A DNA stretch of 64,000 nucleotides, taken from Eledone cirrhosa. Its lineage: Eukaryota. Below, piece after piece: positions 12,727 through 26,957 of this stretch. Below the pieces are notes generated by a model that did no database searches, was not told the DNA's origin, and saw nothing but the letters and a program-made list of their open reading frames with translations. Positions within the stretch are counted from its first letter, which is position 1; each line of letters begins with the position of its first letter. The stretch covers positions 11,222,001-11,286,000 of the forward strand of contig OZ024746.1 of the NCBI GenBank assembly GCA_964016885.1. Direction: 5' to 3'. Both the position numbers and the translations under genes were made by a program.

Positions 12727-12935
12727 GAAAGCGTGTGGCTGAGTGGTTAGAGAATTGGATTTGCAATCGTGAGGTTGTGAGTTCGATTCCCGGACCGGGC
12801 GATGCGTTATGTCTTTGAGCAAGACACTTTATTTCACGTTGTTCCTTCGACCTAGAGTTGCGACCGATAGATAGGAATTGGAAAGACCAATGGAAACATT
12901 GTTTCCTCGGTCCGATTTGACGAAAGTCGATCGTT
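12727..12935 (+). mobile_element. tRNA-derived SINE family 2
   Basis: A box GTGGCTGAGTGGTTAG, B box GTTCGATTCC, TTGAGCAAGACACTT, and a terminal hairpin GAC-GAAA-GTC. Copies at 22421-22637(+), 43699-43913(-), 52903-53114(-); longer-tailed variants at about 52290-52500(-) and 62100-62312(-). Confidence 0.85.
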
Positions 12936-13149
12936 CCTTATGTATGTAAAAAATATTTCTTTAAATATTTTTATTGCAAAAGTGATATAACTTAATTGGT
13001 ATTTGTTGAATAAAGCTGGAAATGATTTTTTTTATTATGTTTTTTGTTTTGTTTCTTTTCACTAGGAATAACTTAAGCGATTCACAAATTCTTAATGCAT
13101 CTTCCTTCTGTGCAGTTATGAAATAAATATTCTACATAACGATCATCGT

Positions 13150-13463
13150 ACGGTAAAGGCGAGTCCTCCCATGACTTTCGGGAAAATGTTTTCACGCTCA
13201 GAGTTGCTGAAGCATGGAACAAACTACCTGCATCCGTTATTAGCTGTTGAGATACTGCATCCTTTAAAACCTCCATGTTTCCTGAGATTCGCCAACACTA
13301 CACCTGATATTCCTCCTCCATGCACATACACACATGTATATCATGACTCATACACTGTTCACTTCCCTGACATTTGTATATTATTCTATGTACTATACAT
13401 GCACCTTTGATGAGTTGTAGTACACCTAGGCACTGTACACAATAATTTCATTATCATTATCAT
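13150..13463 (+). mobile_element. CR1-clade LINE 3' end
   Basis: Translation ..DFRENVFTLRVAEAWNKLPASVISC*DTASFKT matches the CR1 ORF2 C-terminus; it is followed by a UTR and an (ATTATC)n tail. Confidence 0.75.
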
Positions 13464-14179
13464 TAACATAACAAAGTCCCACTTGCTCTTTTCATAAAAG
13501 AATTCTGAATGTTTACACCTTTGTAATATGTCTGTCCTATCATAAGCTATATACATAATTAGATTTTTTTTTTCTGTTTTTCTTCGGCTGGAATTCTAAG
13601 GATTTAAATCTGCCCAAACTTCACAGTAAAATGCAATTGTTGAACACACAAAAAAAAGATGTTTTTTTAGAATCTCCCGAAACGCCAGTTCGATTACCAC
13701 GAGGGAAAATATTGTCAACAGTAATACTAATAGCACTAACACATATATACGTGTAACTGACACATTTCATAACGTTGTAAATGACACGAAATATTTAACT
13801 AGGAATCTTTTTCTGGAAAAATGTCCACTTAGGACAAACACGTTTCCAACAAGACTACATACAAAGAATACTTATTTCTGTCATCTAAAAAGTGGAGGGG
13901 GTTTTCATATCGTGACTTGGGGAATTAAACCTGGCGACTCCCATCCCTTACCTGGCCTGAACAGAGCTGATTTCTTCCAGAGAGAGGGGGTGGGGGCGTA
14001 AATAGTTGAATATATTTATTTAACTATATTTATTTAACTTATGAATGAAGAGTGGCTTTCTTTTGTCTTTGTCACTCCATCGCCATCTTGAAGAATGCAC
14101 ATATTGATATTATCCCAATTACTATACACCACTTTATTTGTCTACGCTTTAGCTAAATGATCATCTATATAGCCACTCA

Positions 14180-14570
14180 ATTTGCTAGAAATAGCAGCTA
14201 CATCGATCTCAAATTATATCCTGTCATCTCTAAAAAGGAAGAGTATATGGAATATTTTAATCCAAAATACATTATGCACAAAAATATAAAGCTGTGGGTA
14301 TGGATCACGGCTAGAATGTATTTAGGTTTACTCGATCCAGTCTAACAGGAGTTAACAACACTGGAATTTGCCTTCTTAAACAACTAGGTCACAGTACCTG
14401 CTGGAAATAGGAGCTAAATCACACATCAAAATGAAAGGATATATTGGACAATGTAGTCGAAAGAACATTTTGTTTGAAATGAAAAATATGAGAGATGGTC
14501 AAAACTGGATCTCCTTTGACCGTGGGCCTGCTAGATCAAGATTAAATAAAGTCTTATCATCAACAACACA
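14180..14570 (+). repeat. Interspersed repeat (two degenerate tandem copies)
   Basis: CTAGAAATAGCAGC...AAAGGATATATTGG...GATGGTC..CTGGA..CCTTTGA...(CAA)n. Relatives at about 39020-39200 and 51850-51920(-). Confidence 0.55.
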
Positions 14571-15887
14571 ATATTACCAGATAGAGATATACAATAGTGA
14601 TCTTAGTGTAAGTTAAACAAGAGAAGTAAAAGGACCAAAGTTAATAACTAAGGTAATTTATTTGATGTTCTGCCCTCACTACAAACCATCGTAGTCTTTG
14701 TTATATAAAACTAGTTGCCCCCATCACCACCACCATCACCACCACCCCATTTCTACAGATTTCTACCTTATTACCTCTAACTATATGTATGACATAAGTT
14801 ATCTCCCTTCTCCTCTCAACTTTAAAAGAGGTTTCCCTCCCTGTTTCACTCCTACATAGAAGTGTAATGGACAGACAGACGTAGAAACAGCTTCTCTTTT
14901 ATAATATAGATTACTGCTGGAAATGTTGATGTCAGTGTTCGTCATTTCATGAGTTAAAAAGAACTCGTTTACAATGTCTGGTGTATTCTGTGACAGAACA
15001 ACTTTAAACTGTCTCGACACTATTTGTTGATGTCGGGTGTAGTTGGTGATGTTTTTAACTATGCAACGTTACTTTAATCAAGAATGAATCATCATAAGGT
15101 GTGGTTTTTCTAAAATGTCTTAAATGTTATGACATGACATTGAAATGACAAACGATCGTTAAAGTGAAGACATTATCCTGCCATATGTCCAGTACATATC
15201 ATGATAACAACTTGCTGGAGGGATGTGCAAGTGATGTCTCTAAACAATTGCTACGATATTTTATAACAGGAGACGGACAAATAGTCTCCCATTGTAATAA
15301 ATGATTATTATGATTATTATGATTATATTATTGAATGAGGATAATATTCTTTCTATCATAGACACAAAACCAGCATTGGTGGGTGCAATTCGATTATATC
15401 AACCACAGTACTTAACTGATACATGATGAAAGGAAAACTTAACCTCAGGAACAAATACGTCAAGGTCTAACGAGTCTGCCACTCCACTCTCTGTGAATGA
15501 GCATAATACTAATGGTGACTTTTTATCAACATTTTGGCAGTATCGGTAGAGGTTGGACGCCATGCTTTGAAGCATATAGTTACCTTCCTTTATGATCTGA
15601 GTTCAAATCCCGTCGAGTTAACTTTGCCTTTCATCCTTACGGGGTCGATAAAATAAAGTACCAGTAATACACTGAGATAATTGCTGGCCTTGTGCCAAAA
15701 GTAGAAACAATTACTAGGTATACGGCGCCCTCCTAGAATACCCACTATATACACCACTACAATATTCACAGAAGACGGCCATTGTCAACACTGTCGCTTA
15801 ATTCAGATCTCGTCCAGTTTATCTGATACCAGGTTTAACGATTTACGGTTCAACAAGGGTCAAGCATTTTTCCTGCACTTACTTTTA

Positions 15888-15935
<48 letters not shown>

Positions 15936-16016
15936 CTATCTATCTATTCCTATTTTCATCTATCTACGTCTGTTGCTATTTAGCCACAGTTCAACAATGA
16001 TAAAGCAGGCCTATGA

Positions 16017-16110
<94 letters not shown>

Positions 16111-16216
16111 GAGAGAGAGAGCGAGAGAGAGAGAGAGAGAGATAGACATATAAATAGCTTGCTTAGATGAACTACGGTTGTACTGTCTGCCTCCATTTAC
16201 CTCTATTATATATATA

Positions 16217-16247
<31 letters not shown>

Positions 16248-16266
16248 ATAGAAATAGAGGTACATG

Positions 16267-16466
16267 NNNNNNNNNNNNNNNNNNNNNNNNNNNNNNNNNN
16301 NNNNNNNNNNNNNNNNNNNNNNNNNNNNNNNNNNNNNNNNNNNNNNNNNNNNNNNNNNNNNNNNNNNNNNNNNNNNNNNNNNNNNNNNNNNNNNNNNNNN
16401 NNNNNNNNNNNNNNNNNNNNNNNNNNNNNNNNNNNNNNNNNNNNNNNNNNNNNNNNNNNNNNNNNN
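16267..16466. other. Assembly gap (200 N)
   Basis: Run of N. Confidence 1.
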
Positions 16467-17675
16467 TGTGTGTGTGTGTGCATGCGTGTGTGAGAGAGAG
16501 AATGGGGAAGAAGTGACGGAGTGGGAGAGTAAAGTCGATTAAATAGACTCCAGTGCGTTACTGGTACTTTATTTTATCGACCTCGTAAGGATGAAAGGCA
16601 TAGCTAACCTCGGCGAGATTTGAACTCAGAACGTAAAGGGCCGTAACTCTGTGCTGTGAAGCATGTTGTCCGACGCTATAACGATATAATAAAGCTATAA
16701 TACTATATTAGATTTCAGTTGCTGATTGTTATATGGGATTACTAAATTTAATTAGGTTTATGACTTAATTGTAGTTTTATAGTTAACTTACAAGTCATTG
16801 CTGAGAAAATGTAATTAAAGATATCTTAATTAGTAATTAATTATAAGTGATGATTTTGATAATGGATATATGGCAATGGGGATGTGAAACCTAAGAATTG
16901 TAAAGTGATGGCCGCTGTAAGCTTCCGGTAAGACGAGTTGTATACGATGGTAATACTAGTTGTATCACTTCTCCTTTTTCTATCTTCCTGCCTTCGAGAG
17001 GTTAACTTTGCCATTACACGCTTCATTGAGATGAAGTCTTCGGTGGTCGTACAATGACCCAATGAAGGTCACAGTGATGTTTCAATTGATTATTTTCTTT
17101 TTATTACTGTAAATATTATTATGAAAGGGCGTCGTGAGGTTGGCTGACTCGTTAGAGCATTGAATAAAAGTTACGGCCTTTTACGTTCTGAGTTCAAATC
17201 CTGCCGAGGTCATTTTTGTCTTTCATCCTTCTGAAGTCGGTAAAATGAAGTACTGGAATCGATTTATTTGACTTTTACCTCTCCAAAAATTACTGGCCTT
17301 GAATCTATGATAACAATATTTATTATGAAATTGAGGTGCGTCTTATACGCCTATACGTCTTTAAGCCGTCAAATACGGTATATATATAATTTTGAAATTT
17401 CATTTTGGTCGCGGTAGGGGCACTTAATCCAAACTCCGCAAGCGAGACACGTATACCACGAGCTGTATATGTAGTCTAGTATTCTTCTATTTGCTACATT
17501 TACTGAACTCTGACCATGTGTGACCACTGCTATTGAAGGGAAATTAATAATGAAATGTTTTGGAGAACTGAACCTACGTCTGTTCCTCAAAATATATATA
17601 TAATTCACTCCTTTTATTTATTTTCCGATAATCCATCTAAACATATGATGGTTAATATACGATCGAATAAAGAAT

Positions 17676-17858
17676 CAGACCTATCGACTCTCCCCGTTCG
17701 ACGGGGGAGATCTCCCACCCACTTTGGGATGGGTGAGATATGTCTTCTCTTGTGAACATAGGTATAGTTTTCATTATGTATAATTCTCCCCATCTTGCCG
17801 CCTTTCTCCCCGTGTTGGGGCACTTCTTTTCATGGTACTTCCCTGTTTGGCAGGTCTG
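17676..17858 (+). mobile_element. MITE with 6-bp TSD (hAT6-like), copy A
   Basis: Termini CAGACCTATCGAC / TTGGCAGGTCTG; TSD AAGAAT at 17670-17675 and 17859-17864. Confidence 0.75.
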
Positions 17859-17903
17859 AAGAATATACAATATTTGTAAACGGACAAAATACCTTTGGTT
17901 ACG

Positions 17904-18098
17904 TAGACCTGCCAACCACTAAAAACACAAACATGGTGTACCATCAGAAAGAGTGACCCAAAACGGGGAGAAATGGGGCAAAATGGGGAGATTTTACATA
18001 ATGAAAGCTATATCCATTTTCACAAGAGAAGACATCTCTCACATACCCCAAAGTGGGTGGGAGATCTCCCCGTCGGACGGGGAGAGTTGGCAGGTATG
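17904..18098 (-). mobile_element. MITE with 6-bp TSD (hAT6-like), copy B in inverted orientation
   Basis: Termini TAGACCTGCCAAC / GTTGGCAGGTATG; TSD GTTACG at 17898-17903 and 18099-18104. The body is the reverse complement of copy A. Confidence 0.8.
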
Positions 18099-18880
18099 GT
18101 TACGGAAAACTTGAAAATAGATAAAAAGTCGGTACATGGTGGGATTCGAACTTTTGTTAATGCTTTTGTATATTATTATCTAAACCTGATTTATAAATTG
18201 CCAGCCGCCATTTGACAGACTCAGACATTAACAAAATTGGTTTATCAGATTGTGTAGACAAGGGTAGAGATAAATCATGTTGTATTCTATCATCTCTGCT
18301 TGTTTGCGCTTCTTCAGTTGATAAGCATGTCAATAAGGGAATGATAAGGTGATAACAAAGAAAACTCCTAAGTAGAATACTAACAGTAAACGTAACGGTC
18401 CCATTTCTTCAAAATCCTACTGAGAATTTAATATCAGTAGCAGTTCTATTTTGGGGAGACAGCTGATATATAACAGCAACTGGGAATCTCATTCATAAAT
18501 GCTTTTCTTTATAAAATCTTCCGGGTCTTCGTTAAAGCATATCTAGTGGGGGTTGATTTTAGACAGGCATACTTTTTAAAGGAAAACATACCCACACATA
18601 CACACAAACCCATGCCGTTTATCTATAGTGATTTCTTACATTGGCACAGTGCCATCCTTTTGAGGTGAAGTAGTATTGTCGACTGGATTTACGACAGTAC
18701 CTGACTAGTACCTATTTTATCGACTTCAAAAAGGTGGAAGGAGAAGTTGTTGATTCAAACTCAGCAGGTTTTGAACGGGAATTGTAGATGAACAAAGCTA
18801 AATAAAAGAGAAAATTTCTGCCGGGCGACCTTCTAAAATTTGTATATAAATGAGAAATGCAGATTCGCTGTAGAGTTATT

Positions 18881-18968
<88 letters not shown>

Positions 18969-19003
18969 AGCACATTAATATATATATATATATATATATA
19001 TAT

Positions 19004-19753
19004 TTCGTTTCTGAATTTGTTTAGCAAGATTCTTTATCTGAAAACGTGTGTTGAAACCGATATTGTTATGCTTTGGGAGGGTCATGTTGCCAATAAGAAA
19101 AACACGCACCAGTTGCTTTCACTTCAATTTATTATAAGAATATAGTGTACATAGGTTAGACACCTCGTAGTATAGGAGAACGGATAAATGACCACTGGCG
19201 AGAGCTTCAAGATAGTAAAGAATCATCATGCTAAAATAGAACATAAGGGTAAATTAGAGAACATAGAAATAAAAATAGAATCTACACACAGAAAAGACGC
19301 AATGTTTAGACAAATCACAGAGGCAATAAACATAAATGAACTCCAGCCAAAATTAAATAGAAAACATGAGTGGAATAGCATCACAACTTACAATTAAGGA
19401 CAAAATGAAAACACACACACACATAGAACAAACAACCAACCAGTAACATGTAAATAAACAAATAAATAAACAAATATAAACACACACACAGACACCCGGA
19501 TGTAACACATGCGCAAACCAAGCACACAACACACACAAAAACAAAGAAAAGAATCCCCAGTCACTGAAGAGGTCACAGAATGTGTGACAAAAGAACTTTG
19601 ACAATATATGAACAATCGTCTGGTTGTGGAACCAACCAACCGGAAATTTATAAATTCCTAAATTTATAAATTTAATTTATAATAAATTGAAGTGAAAGCA
19701 ACTGGTGCGTGTGTTTCTTATTGGCAACCTGACCCTCCCAAAGCATAACAATA
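19004..19753 (+). mobile_element. Older Penelope-like copy (family A) with inverted end, GIY-YIG remnant and mutated hammerhead
   Basis: Part of 19004-19135 is inverted relative to 19680-19753. The ORF remnant reads HAKIEHKGKLENIEIKIESTHRKDAMFRQITEAININELQPKLNRKHEW. The hammerhead at 19559-19603 has GAAA changed to AAAA. Confidence 0.85.
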
Positions 19754-21648
19754 AGTGACTGTCTGCATATATGTTCCAAGTTGTAGGTCATAGTCTGCGC
19801 ATTGGTACCTAGAATTTTACATAAGAGCACATATTTTCAAGAAGTTTATAGCTATATTTACTTCTTAGCTATAATTCTTAGTAACCTAGCATTATCAGAT
19901 CCAATCCGCAGAAAATTTCAAACACGCGTAAAGTAAACTACATTTGAGTATTGATTAGATTAATCGAAAAAAGAGCCAACAATATTAACCCAGACTAAAT
20001 CGTAGATTTAGCCAGCTCCTATGTTATAAAACTAACACTCTTGCACAGTTCGGCAGAGCTGGAGAAGAGAGAATGTTGCTCACCAAAGAGGAGCAAGCGT
20101 GGATGGGAAAATGGGGGAAAAAGACGGATAAAGAAAGGCATTTACGTAAACACAGACCTCCGAAAGATTTGAGCAACTTCGTTAAGAGATGCCAAAAATA
20201 CATTTACTTTGGTTTACCTTTCAAGTTTCTTTTAAATTAAGTTGTCGTCAAAAACGTACAGAGGTGATCGATAATTATTGAGATTAAAAAATAATTTCAG
20301 TCAATGTTTTAAGTTATTGTTTAAGGTTTGACAATATAGACGGAAAGGAAAATCAGAGATTGGAGCTCCATTGGAAGACCATGTGCCAATGGGGAGAAGG
20401 GGGTCGTAATAGACGGAAAAGATTATGTAAATAGATCCAACTTAGTTGAATGGTTAACTATATAGAAGCCGAGAAAATGTGATCTATGCTTCAGATTCAG
20501 TCAATTGGTGGTACAGTAAAAATTTGTAGAGACCACTATCATCACTCCTTCAATTCTACTAAAAGGATACCTAAACACCTATAACATGCATACATACATG
20601 TTCGTGTACTGACACGTGTGTCAACACTTCCAGATATAAAAATGCCTGAAACTACCTTAACCCAAATATTCGTAGCTTTTTTAGATCCTTTTTTTGTTCC
20701 CTACGGATCATTGGACGGCTTTCGTAGTTTCTGTAGCAATTTTTATTAATGGAGGTAAAGTTGCTAGCCTCGCATTCCATTCCTCTTCCCTTCTCAATAC
20801 AGGTCAAAAACTAACTTAGTGGAGGGGTCCGTAACCCGGGATAGGGAGTCCCTTTCGGTTTACTGTTAGTCGGAGTCAAAGGAACATTAGATAAAGCCAT
20901 ATCCAGTATTGAAATAACGTTCCTCTGAATCGCTTCACTTTACTTACAGAGATAGTGGGTAAAGGTAACGATATGTTATATACCATATAGTCTTGTACTC
21001 CCCCCCCCCCTTTTTTTTTCTTTTTAATGTTGTTTGCTCCGTTTCCAAATGTTCTCGTAAGACACTTCTGTATCTCAATAACTCAGAACCATCAGCTGGA
21101 AGTAAGATCCTTAGATATTGAAAATAATATATATTGGTAAGAACTAAACTTCAAAGTACTGGAATGTGAGTTAGTGTATATCTGAAGATTTAATAAGACA
21201 TAAATATGAAATTAAAAACAAAAAGTAACAGAGTAAGGAAAATAGCAAACATTTGATGTAAATATACTAACGGTTCTTATTGACGAGATGGAGATGGAAA
21301 CAAAATCAATATTCTCTCGACTGTATGAACGAGTGTGTGGATGCGTGTGTGAGCTCGTGTATGGGTGTGTGCGTGTGTGAGCTTGTGTATGGGTGTGTAC
21401 GTGTGGGAAGGAAGAAAGAGAGTCACTGACACATATCAAAATATATAACTTCATATGTATGTATGTAGGTATACATGTGTGTATGTATACCTGCAAATAT
21501 GTATGTATGTATGTATCTATGCATGCATGTATGTAGAAATATAGTTATTCAAAGCTGGGTCTTATTAAGTCGCTATTCGGAGTTTCTCGTTACTATACAA
21601 CGATACTGAACACTTGTTTTCATGGTTTGTATTTCATCCTAGGGTTAT

Positions 21649-21723
<75 letters not shown>

Positions 21724-23006
21724 GCAAATAAAAGAAATATATATATATATATTATATACCCAATGTTTCCTGTTGCAAGACCTAATTAGTCAGGGATAAA
21801 CCAGATAATAATTTTGATTCTTTTTTTTAACCTCTATAAACATGATTGTATCGTACACATACATACATACATACATACATACATACATACATACATACAT
21901 ACATACATACATACCTGTAGACATACATACATAGTGGTGGTGGTGCTGGTGTCGCGGTTTCCTTTAAACAAAGACATTCCAGCTGTGATCGTCCCAGAAC
22001 ATTTTCCAACACGATTTATCCAAGACTATGCAATGCCCTCTTCCGGGTTTTTTAAGATGGTAAAATGTTATCAGTGATAGGTCTTGTTACTCTTGACTAT
22101 TGCTGCTATCGTTGCCTTTGACATTTCTAGCCACGCCTTAAACAATCTTTCTTTGGAACTGGGAGAATACAACCTTCAGTCCAATTTTCAGTTGGGTTTT
22201 GATTGTACACTGCAATATAACGGAATTGACAGAGGCGTCATGGCGTCCGCGGTTAAAATCTCGCCCAAGTAAATTTTTATCCTTTCGAGGTCGATAAAGT
22301 TTAATAGCAGTCTTTCTACAAACTAGTTCCTGGAATGTTTTACCGATAACATCTATAGACTAGGTTACCATAGATGTTATTAAGCTACCAAAGGTTTTGA
22401 AAGGATTCATGCTTAATAGTGAAGGCGTGTGGCTGAGTGGTTAGAGAATTGGATTCACAATCTTGAGCTTGTGAGTTCGATTCCTGGATCGGGCGATGCG
22501 TTATGTCCTTGAGCAAGACACTTTATTTCACGTTGCTCCTTCTACCTGGAGTTGCGACCGATAGATAGTACTAGCAACTGGAAAGACCAACGAAAACATT
22601 TGTTTCCTCGGTCCGATTTGACGAAAGTCGATCGATCCTTTTTTTTTTTTCACCCTTAATTCAGATCTTCATTCTGCATCGCCCCTCATACAGAAATGGC
22701 GGGTTCAGGTGTGGGTCCAGCTATAGCTCGGTGTTAAAAACATAGCAGCTACAGAGTTAGAATAAACAATCGCCATTACTGAAATGTAAATACACATCTG
22801 TAATCTCAACCATCAATCTGCCAACTCTTGTTTCCATCTACCACGTATCTATATTTGTAACATCAGCAAGCCACTTTAAATATAGACATCATACGTATTC
22901 AAGATTAATATGAATACATATATATATTTGTGCATGTGCGTGTGGGTATGCGTGTGTGTGTGCGTGTGTGTGTGTGTGTGTGCGTGTACGTGTGTGTGTA
23001 TGTATG

Positions 23007-23037
<31 letters not shown>

Positions 23038-23112
23038 GTACAAATATATGTATATATATATATATATGTGTGTGGTGTGTGTGTATGTATATATATTTAT
23101 ATGTATATATAT

Positions 23113-23198
<86 letters not shown>

Positions 23199-23951
23199 TT
23201 ATATATATATATTTATATATATATATATATATATTTATATATTTATATATTTATATATATATGTGTGTGTGTATGAGATGGGGAGGGGGAAGGATAAGTC
23301 TGGGGGGGTTTTCCTCTCTGTATCATCCCATCTTGCTAATAATAAACACAATACGCCAAGGAAGCGACATCAGTTCGAAAGAATAAATAAATTCTGTGCA
23401 AAAAATAACATGGAGAATTGAATTAATTTTATAAAAAATATTGATGTCGTGTGGCGTATTTTTTATATCTTTTATTGCTCATAAAATCACTTTTTCCCCC
23501 AGATTAAATAACATGTGTGTATGAGTGAGTGTATATGGAAGGGTGTTTGTGTATGAGGGGGGTGACGGTGGTAGGGGTGAGGTTTGTGTGGGTGGTAGTG
23601 GGGGGGTCGTGTGCTTGTGTGTGTGTGTGCGTGTGTGTGCGTGTGTGTGCGTGTGTCTGTGATTCTGTGTGTGTGTGATTGTGTGTGTGTTTCTGTGTAT
23701 GTGTGTGTGTTTGCGTCTGTGTCATTGTGTGTGTGTGTCTGTGATTGTGTGATTATGTGTGTGTGTGTGATTGGTTGTGAGGGGTGAGTGGGGTGTGCGT
23801 GTCTGTATGTGTGTATGTGCGCGCACGCGTATGTGTGTGCGTGTGAGAGTGAATGTGAATTTGTGTGCGTATTTGTGAGTGAGACAGACTGACAGGCAGA
23901 GAGACAGATAGACAGAGAGAGAGATAGACAGGTAGAGAGAGAGAGAGAGAG

Positions 23952-24022
<71 letters not shown>

Positions 24023-24027
24023 GACAG

Positions 24028-24068
<41 letters not shown>

Positions 24069-24371
24069 GAGAGAGAGAGAGATAGACAGGTAGAGAGACA
24101 GACTGATAGACAGGGGCAGAAAAAACAGAAAGAAAAAAGTGTGTTGTCAGGTTGTTTTTTGCTATAAAACTGGGGAAGATGGTGTTTGTAGCAGTGATAG
24201 GGGGGGGGGGGACACATCGAGGAAGGGGGAAGGGGAGGGATTGGGCAATAACATGAACGCACTCTCCCCTCTTTCACTCTCTCTCCCTCTCTCTCTATAT
24301 ATATATATGTGTGTGTGTATACCGCACACACACACACACACACACATATTTATATATATACATATATCATG

Positions 24372-24406
<35 letters not shown>

Positions 24407-24418
24407 CATATATCATGA

Positions 24419-24481
<63 letters not shown>

Positions 24482-24547
24482 TGATATATATATATATATA
24501 CCATATATATCAAATTAAATAACTCATTGTTTATATATGATGTGTAA

Positions 24548-24849
24548 TATAGAAATGGCTTCAAAAGAAATCATCAGGAAAGCTTTCCCGACGATTTTCT
24601 TTTTTTTTTATGAAACAGAATCCTGTTGAAGTCATTTCTATATTAAACATGTTGTTTACACTCTTCTAATGTATTGAGTACCTTACTAACTGTGATTACC
24701 CCTGATTGAATCCTGGACTCATATAAATATATATGTTTATCCCGGGTTCAATCGGGGGTAACCACAGTAAGTAAGGTACTCAATACATAGCAGAGTATAA
24801 ATATTTAATATAGAAAGGCTTCTACAGGACTAGAACTGTCTGTAGAAGC

Positions 24850-24852
<3 letters not shown>
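24548..24852. mobile_element. Degenerate family-B hammerhead/pLTR palindromes
   Basis: Homologous to 4500-4690 (TAGAAATGGCTTC, AATCATCAGGAAAGC, TACAGGACTAGAACTGT, GTACTCAATAC). The plus-strand core is mutated to CCGACGA. Confidence 0.65.
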
Positions 24853-24902
<50 letters not shown>

Positions 24903-24903
<1 letters not shown>

Positions 24904-25102
24904 CGAAGGAAATGTGGTAAGGAACCAGGTGGAACATAACGCACCAAAGTACTCAATACTTAGGGTAGTAGAGTGGGTAATAGGAACGAGTAGGACCCCG
25001 ACGGCTGAGCTCAAGCTGTTTCGACGGCTAATTCTGGACGCAATTCTGTCCAGAATTAGCCGTCGAAACGGCTTGAGCTCAGCCGTCGGGGTCCTACTCG
25101 TT

Positions 25103-25106
<4 letters not shown>
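24903..25106. mobile_element. Family-C palindromic element, second copy, within (TA)n
   Basis: Near-identical to 1549-1741 with the same ends; centre CTGGAC-gcaattct-GTCCAG. Confidence 0.8.
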
Positions 25107-25178
<72 letters not shown>

Positions 25179-25559
25179 GAAGGTGCATGCATACATATAT
25201 ATTTATACATGCTTGCATCCATTTCTATTTTACATTATAAACATGACCTGTTTATTATTTGTATATTTACCTCTCTCTCTCTCTGTGGAGGGAGAGAGGG
25301 AGAGAGAGAGGGGGGGGGGTATATAGATAGATTTTTCTTTCTGCCAATACGGTTTTACAGATGCTAACATACTGTATGTAATAAGAACATAATTCTTATA
25401 GACAGACAAGCTATGTAATGTAGATTTAAAATTGATTTATCGTATCGCTGCCACTGTCACTATACCAATAACACCTACTAGAGTCGTGGTGGATGTGCAG
25501 ACATTTAAACCTAGCGGAGACCATACCTCTCCACGTCTGAATACAACCGATTTCTTCAT

Positions 25560-25628
<69 letters not shown>

Positions 25629-26131
25629 TAGTGTCGTAGTCGACTTCTGGTACTTTATTTATCGAAAGAATGGAAGACAAAGTTGATCTCTGCAAGATTT
25701 GAACTCAGGGCGTCGAGATCTGAAAGGAATGCCGTAAAACATTCTTTCTGGCGTTCTCACGATTCGTCGATTGATACATTGTATCCACAAGTGATATATT
25801 GCATATAAAAGTGAAATCATGGTATTATATTCGCATTTTTTTTTATAAGTAACTGTAAGCCACTCCGTTTCTCTGTAGAGAAAAAGGAAGTAGACATTCT
25901 TGACTCACCAGTAACTCATTGATACTTGTTTAGTTAAACTTCTCTGGTTCATTCTGCAAGGAGAATTCTATGGTTTAACCACATTGTCTATTTAAACATA
26001 AGGTTATTTATACACACACGCGCGCGCGCGCGTTTGTGTGCAATAATTAACAACATATCACCCAATCTCACGTAACTATAAAAAGGATTAAATTGTGAAA
26101 CTGGTAAAGTTATTTTATATATATATATATA

Positions 26132-26795
26132 AATATTAAAATACAAATATTAATAAAATAGATATTTGTATTTTAATATTTATATATATATATATATATA
26201 ATAACTTTACCAGACGCCATGCTTTGATGCATAGAGTTACGACCCTTGCCATTCTGAGTTCAAATCCCGCCGAGGTAAACTTTGCCTTTCATCCTTACGG
26301 GGTCGATAAAATAAAGTACCAGTAATGTACTGTGTAATTGTGGCCTTGTGCCAAAAGTAGAAACAATTAATAAAATAGATGTTCTTTTGATCAATGTTCT
26401 TTAGATCAATGTTCTTTAGATCAATGTTCTTTTGATCAATGTTCTTTAGATCAATGTTCTTTAGATCAATTAAATTTTATTATACATATTTCAGAGGTAC
26501 AACAGTACATCCTTATCAGACAAAATATAATTATACATGACATACCCTGATTAAATCTTAACCATTTAACATCTCACGGTATGTCATGTATCATTATATT
26601 TTGTCTGATGAGGATGTACTGTTGTACCTCTGAAATATGTATAATAAAATTTAATTGATCAAAAGAGCATCTATTTTATTAATATTTGTATTTTAATATT
26701 AATAACTCTGGAAAATATTTTTCCTGTAGAGTGCTTCCAATCTACTGTAAAACTCATTCTTTGATGTACTCGTTGAATCTTGTTTAACTCTTTAA
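26132..26795. mobile_element. Family-D inverted pLTR pair with hammerheads
   Basis: Arms at about 26464-26546 and 26578-26660. The left arm is interrupted by a SINE (26213-26367) and a 15-bp AGATCAATGTTCTTT expansion. Homologous to 47572-48511. Confidence 0.75.
26598..26650 (+). ncRNA. Type-I minimal hammerhead ribozyme (family D)
   Basis: Stem I AUUUUGU/AUAAAAU, CUGAUGA 26605-26611, stem II with GUAC-uguu-GUAC, GAAA 26632-26635, U-AUGU-A, AUA cleavage triplet. The minus partner at 26474-26526 has CUGAUAA. Confidence 0.8.
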
Positions 26796-26914
26796 TATAT
26801 ATATATAGGAGTTGTGGTAAGGAACCGGATGGACCATAACGCTATTTCTGGACTAAACTTTAGTCCAGAAATAGCCGTCGAAACGGCTTGAGCTCTGCCG
26901 TCGGGGTCATATTT

Positions 26915-26957
<43 letters not shown>

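Noticed and set aside
12727-12800. tRNA genes
   Set aside because: The A/B boxes belong to multicopy SINE heads and no complete cloverleaf is seen.
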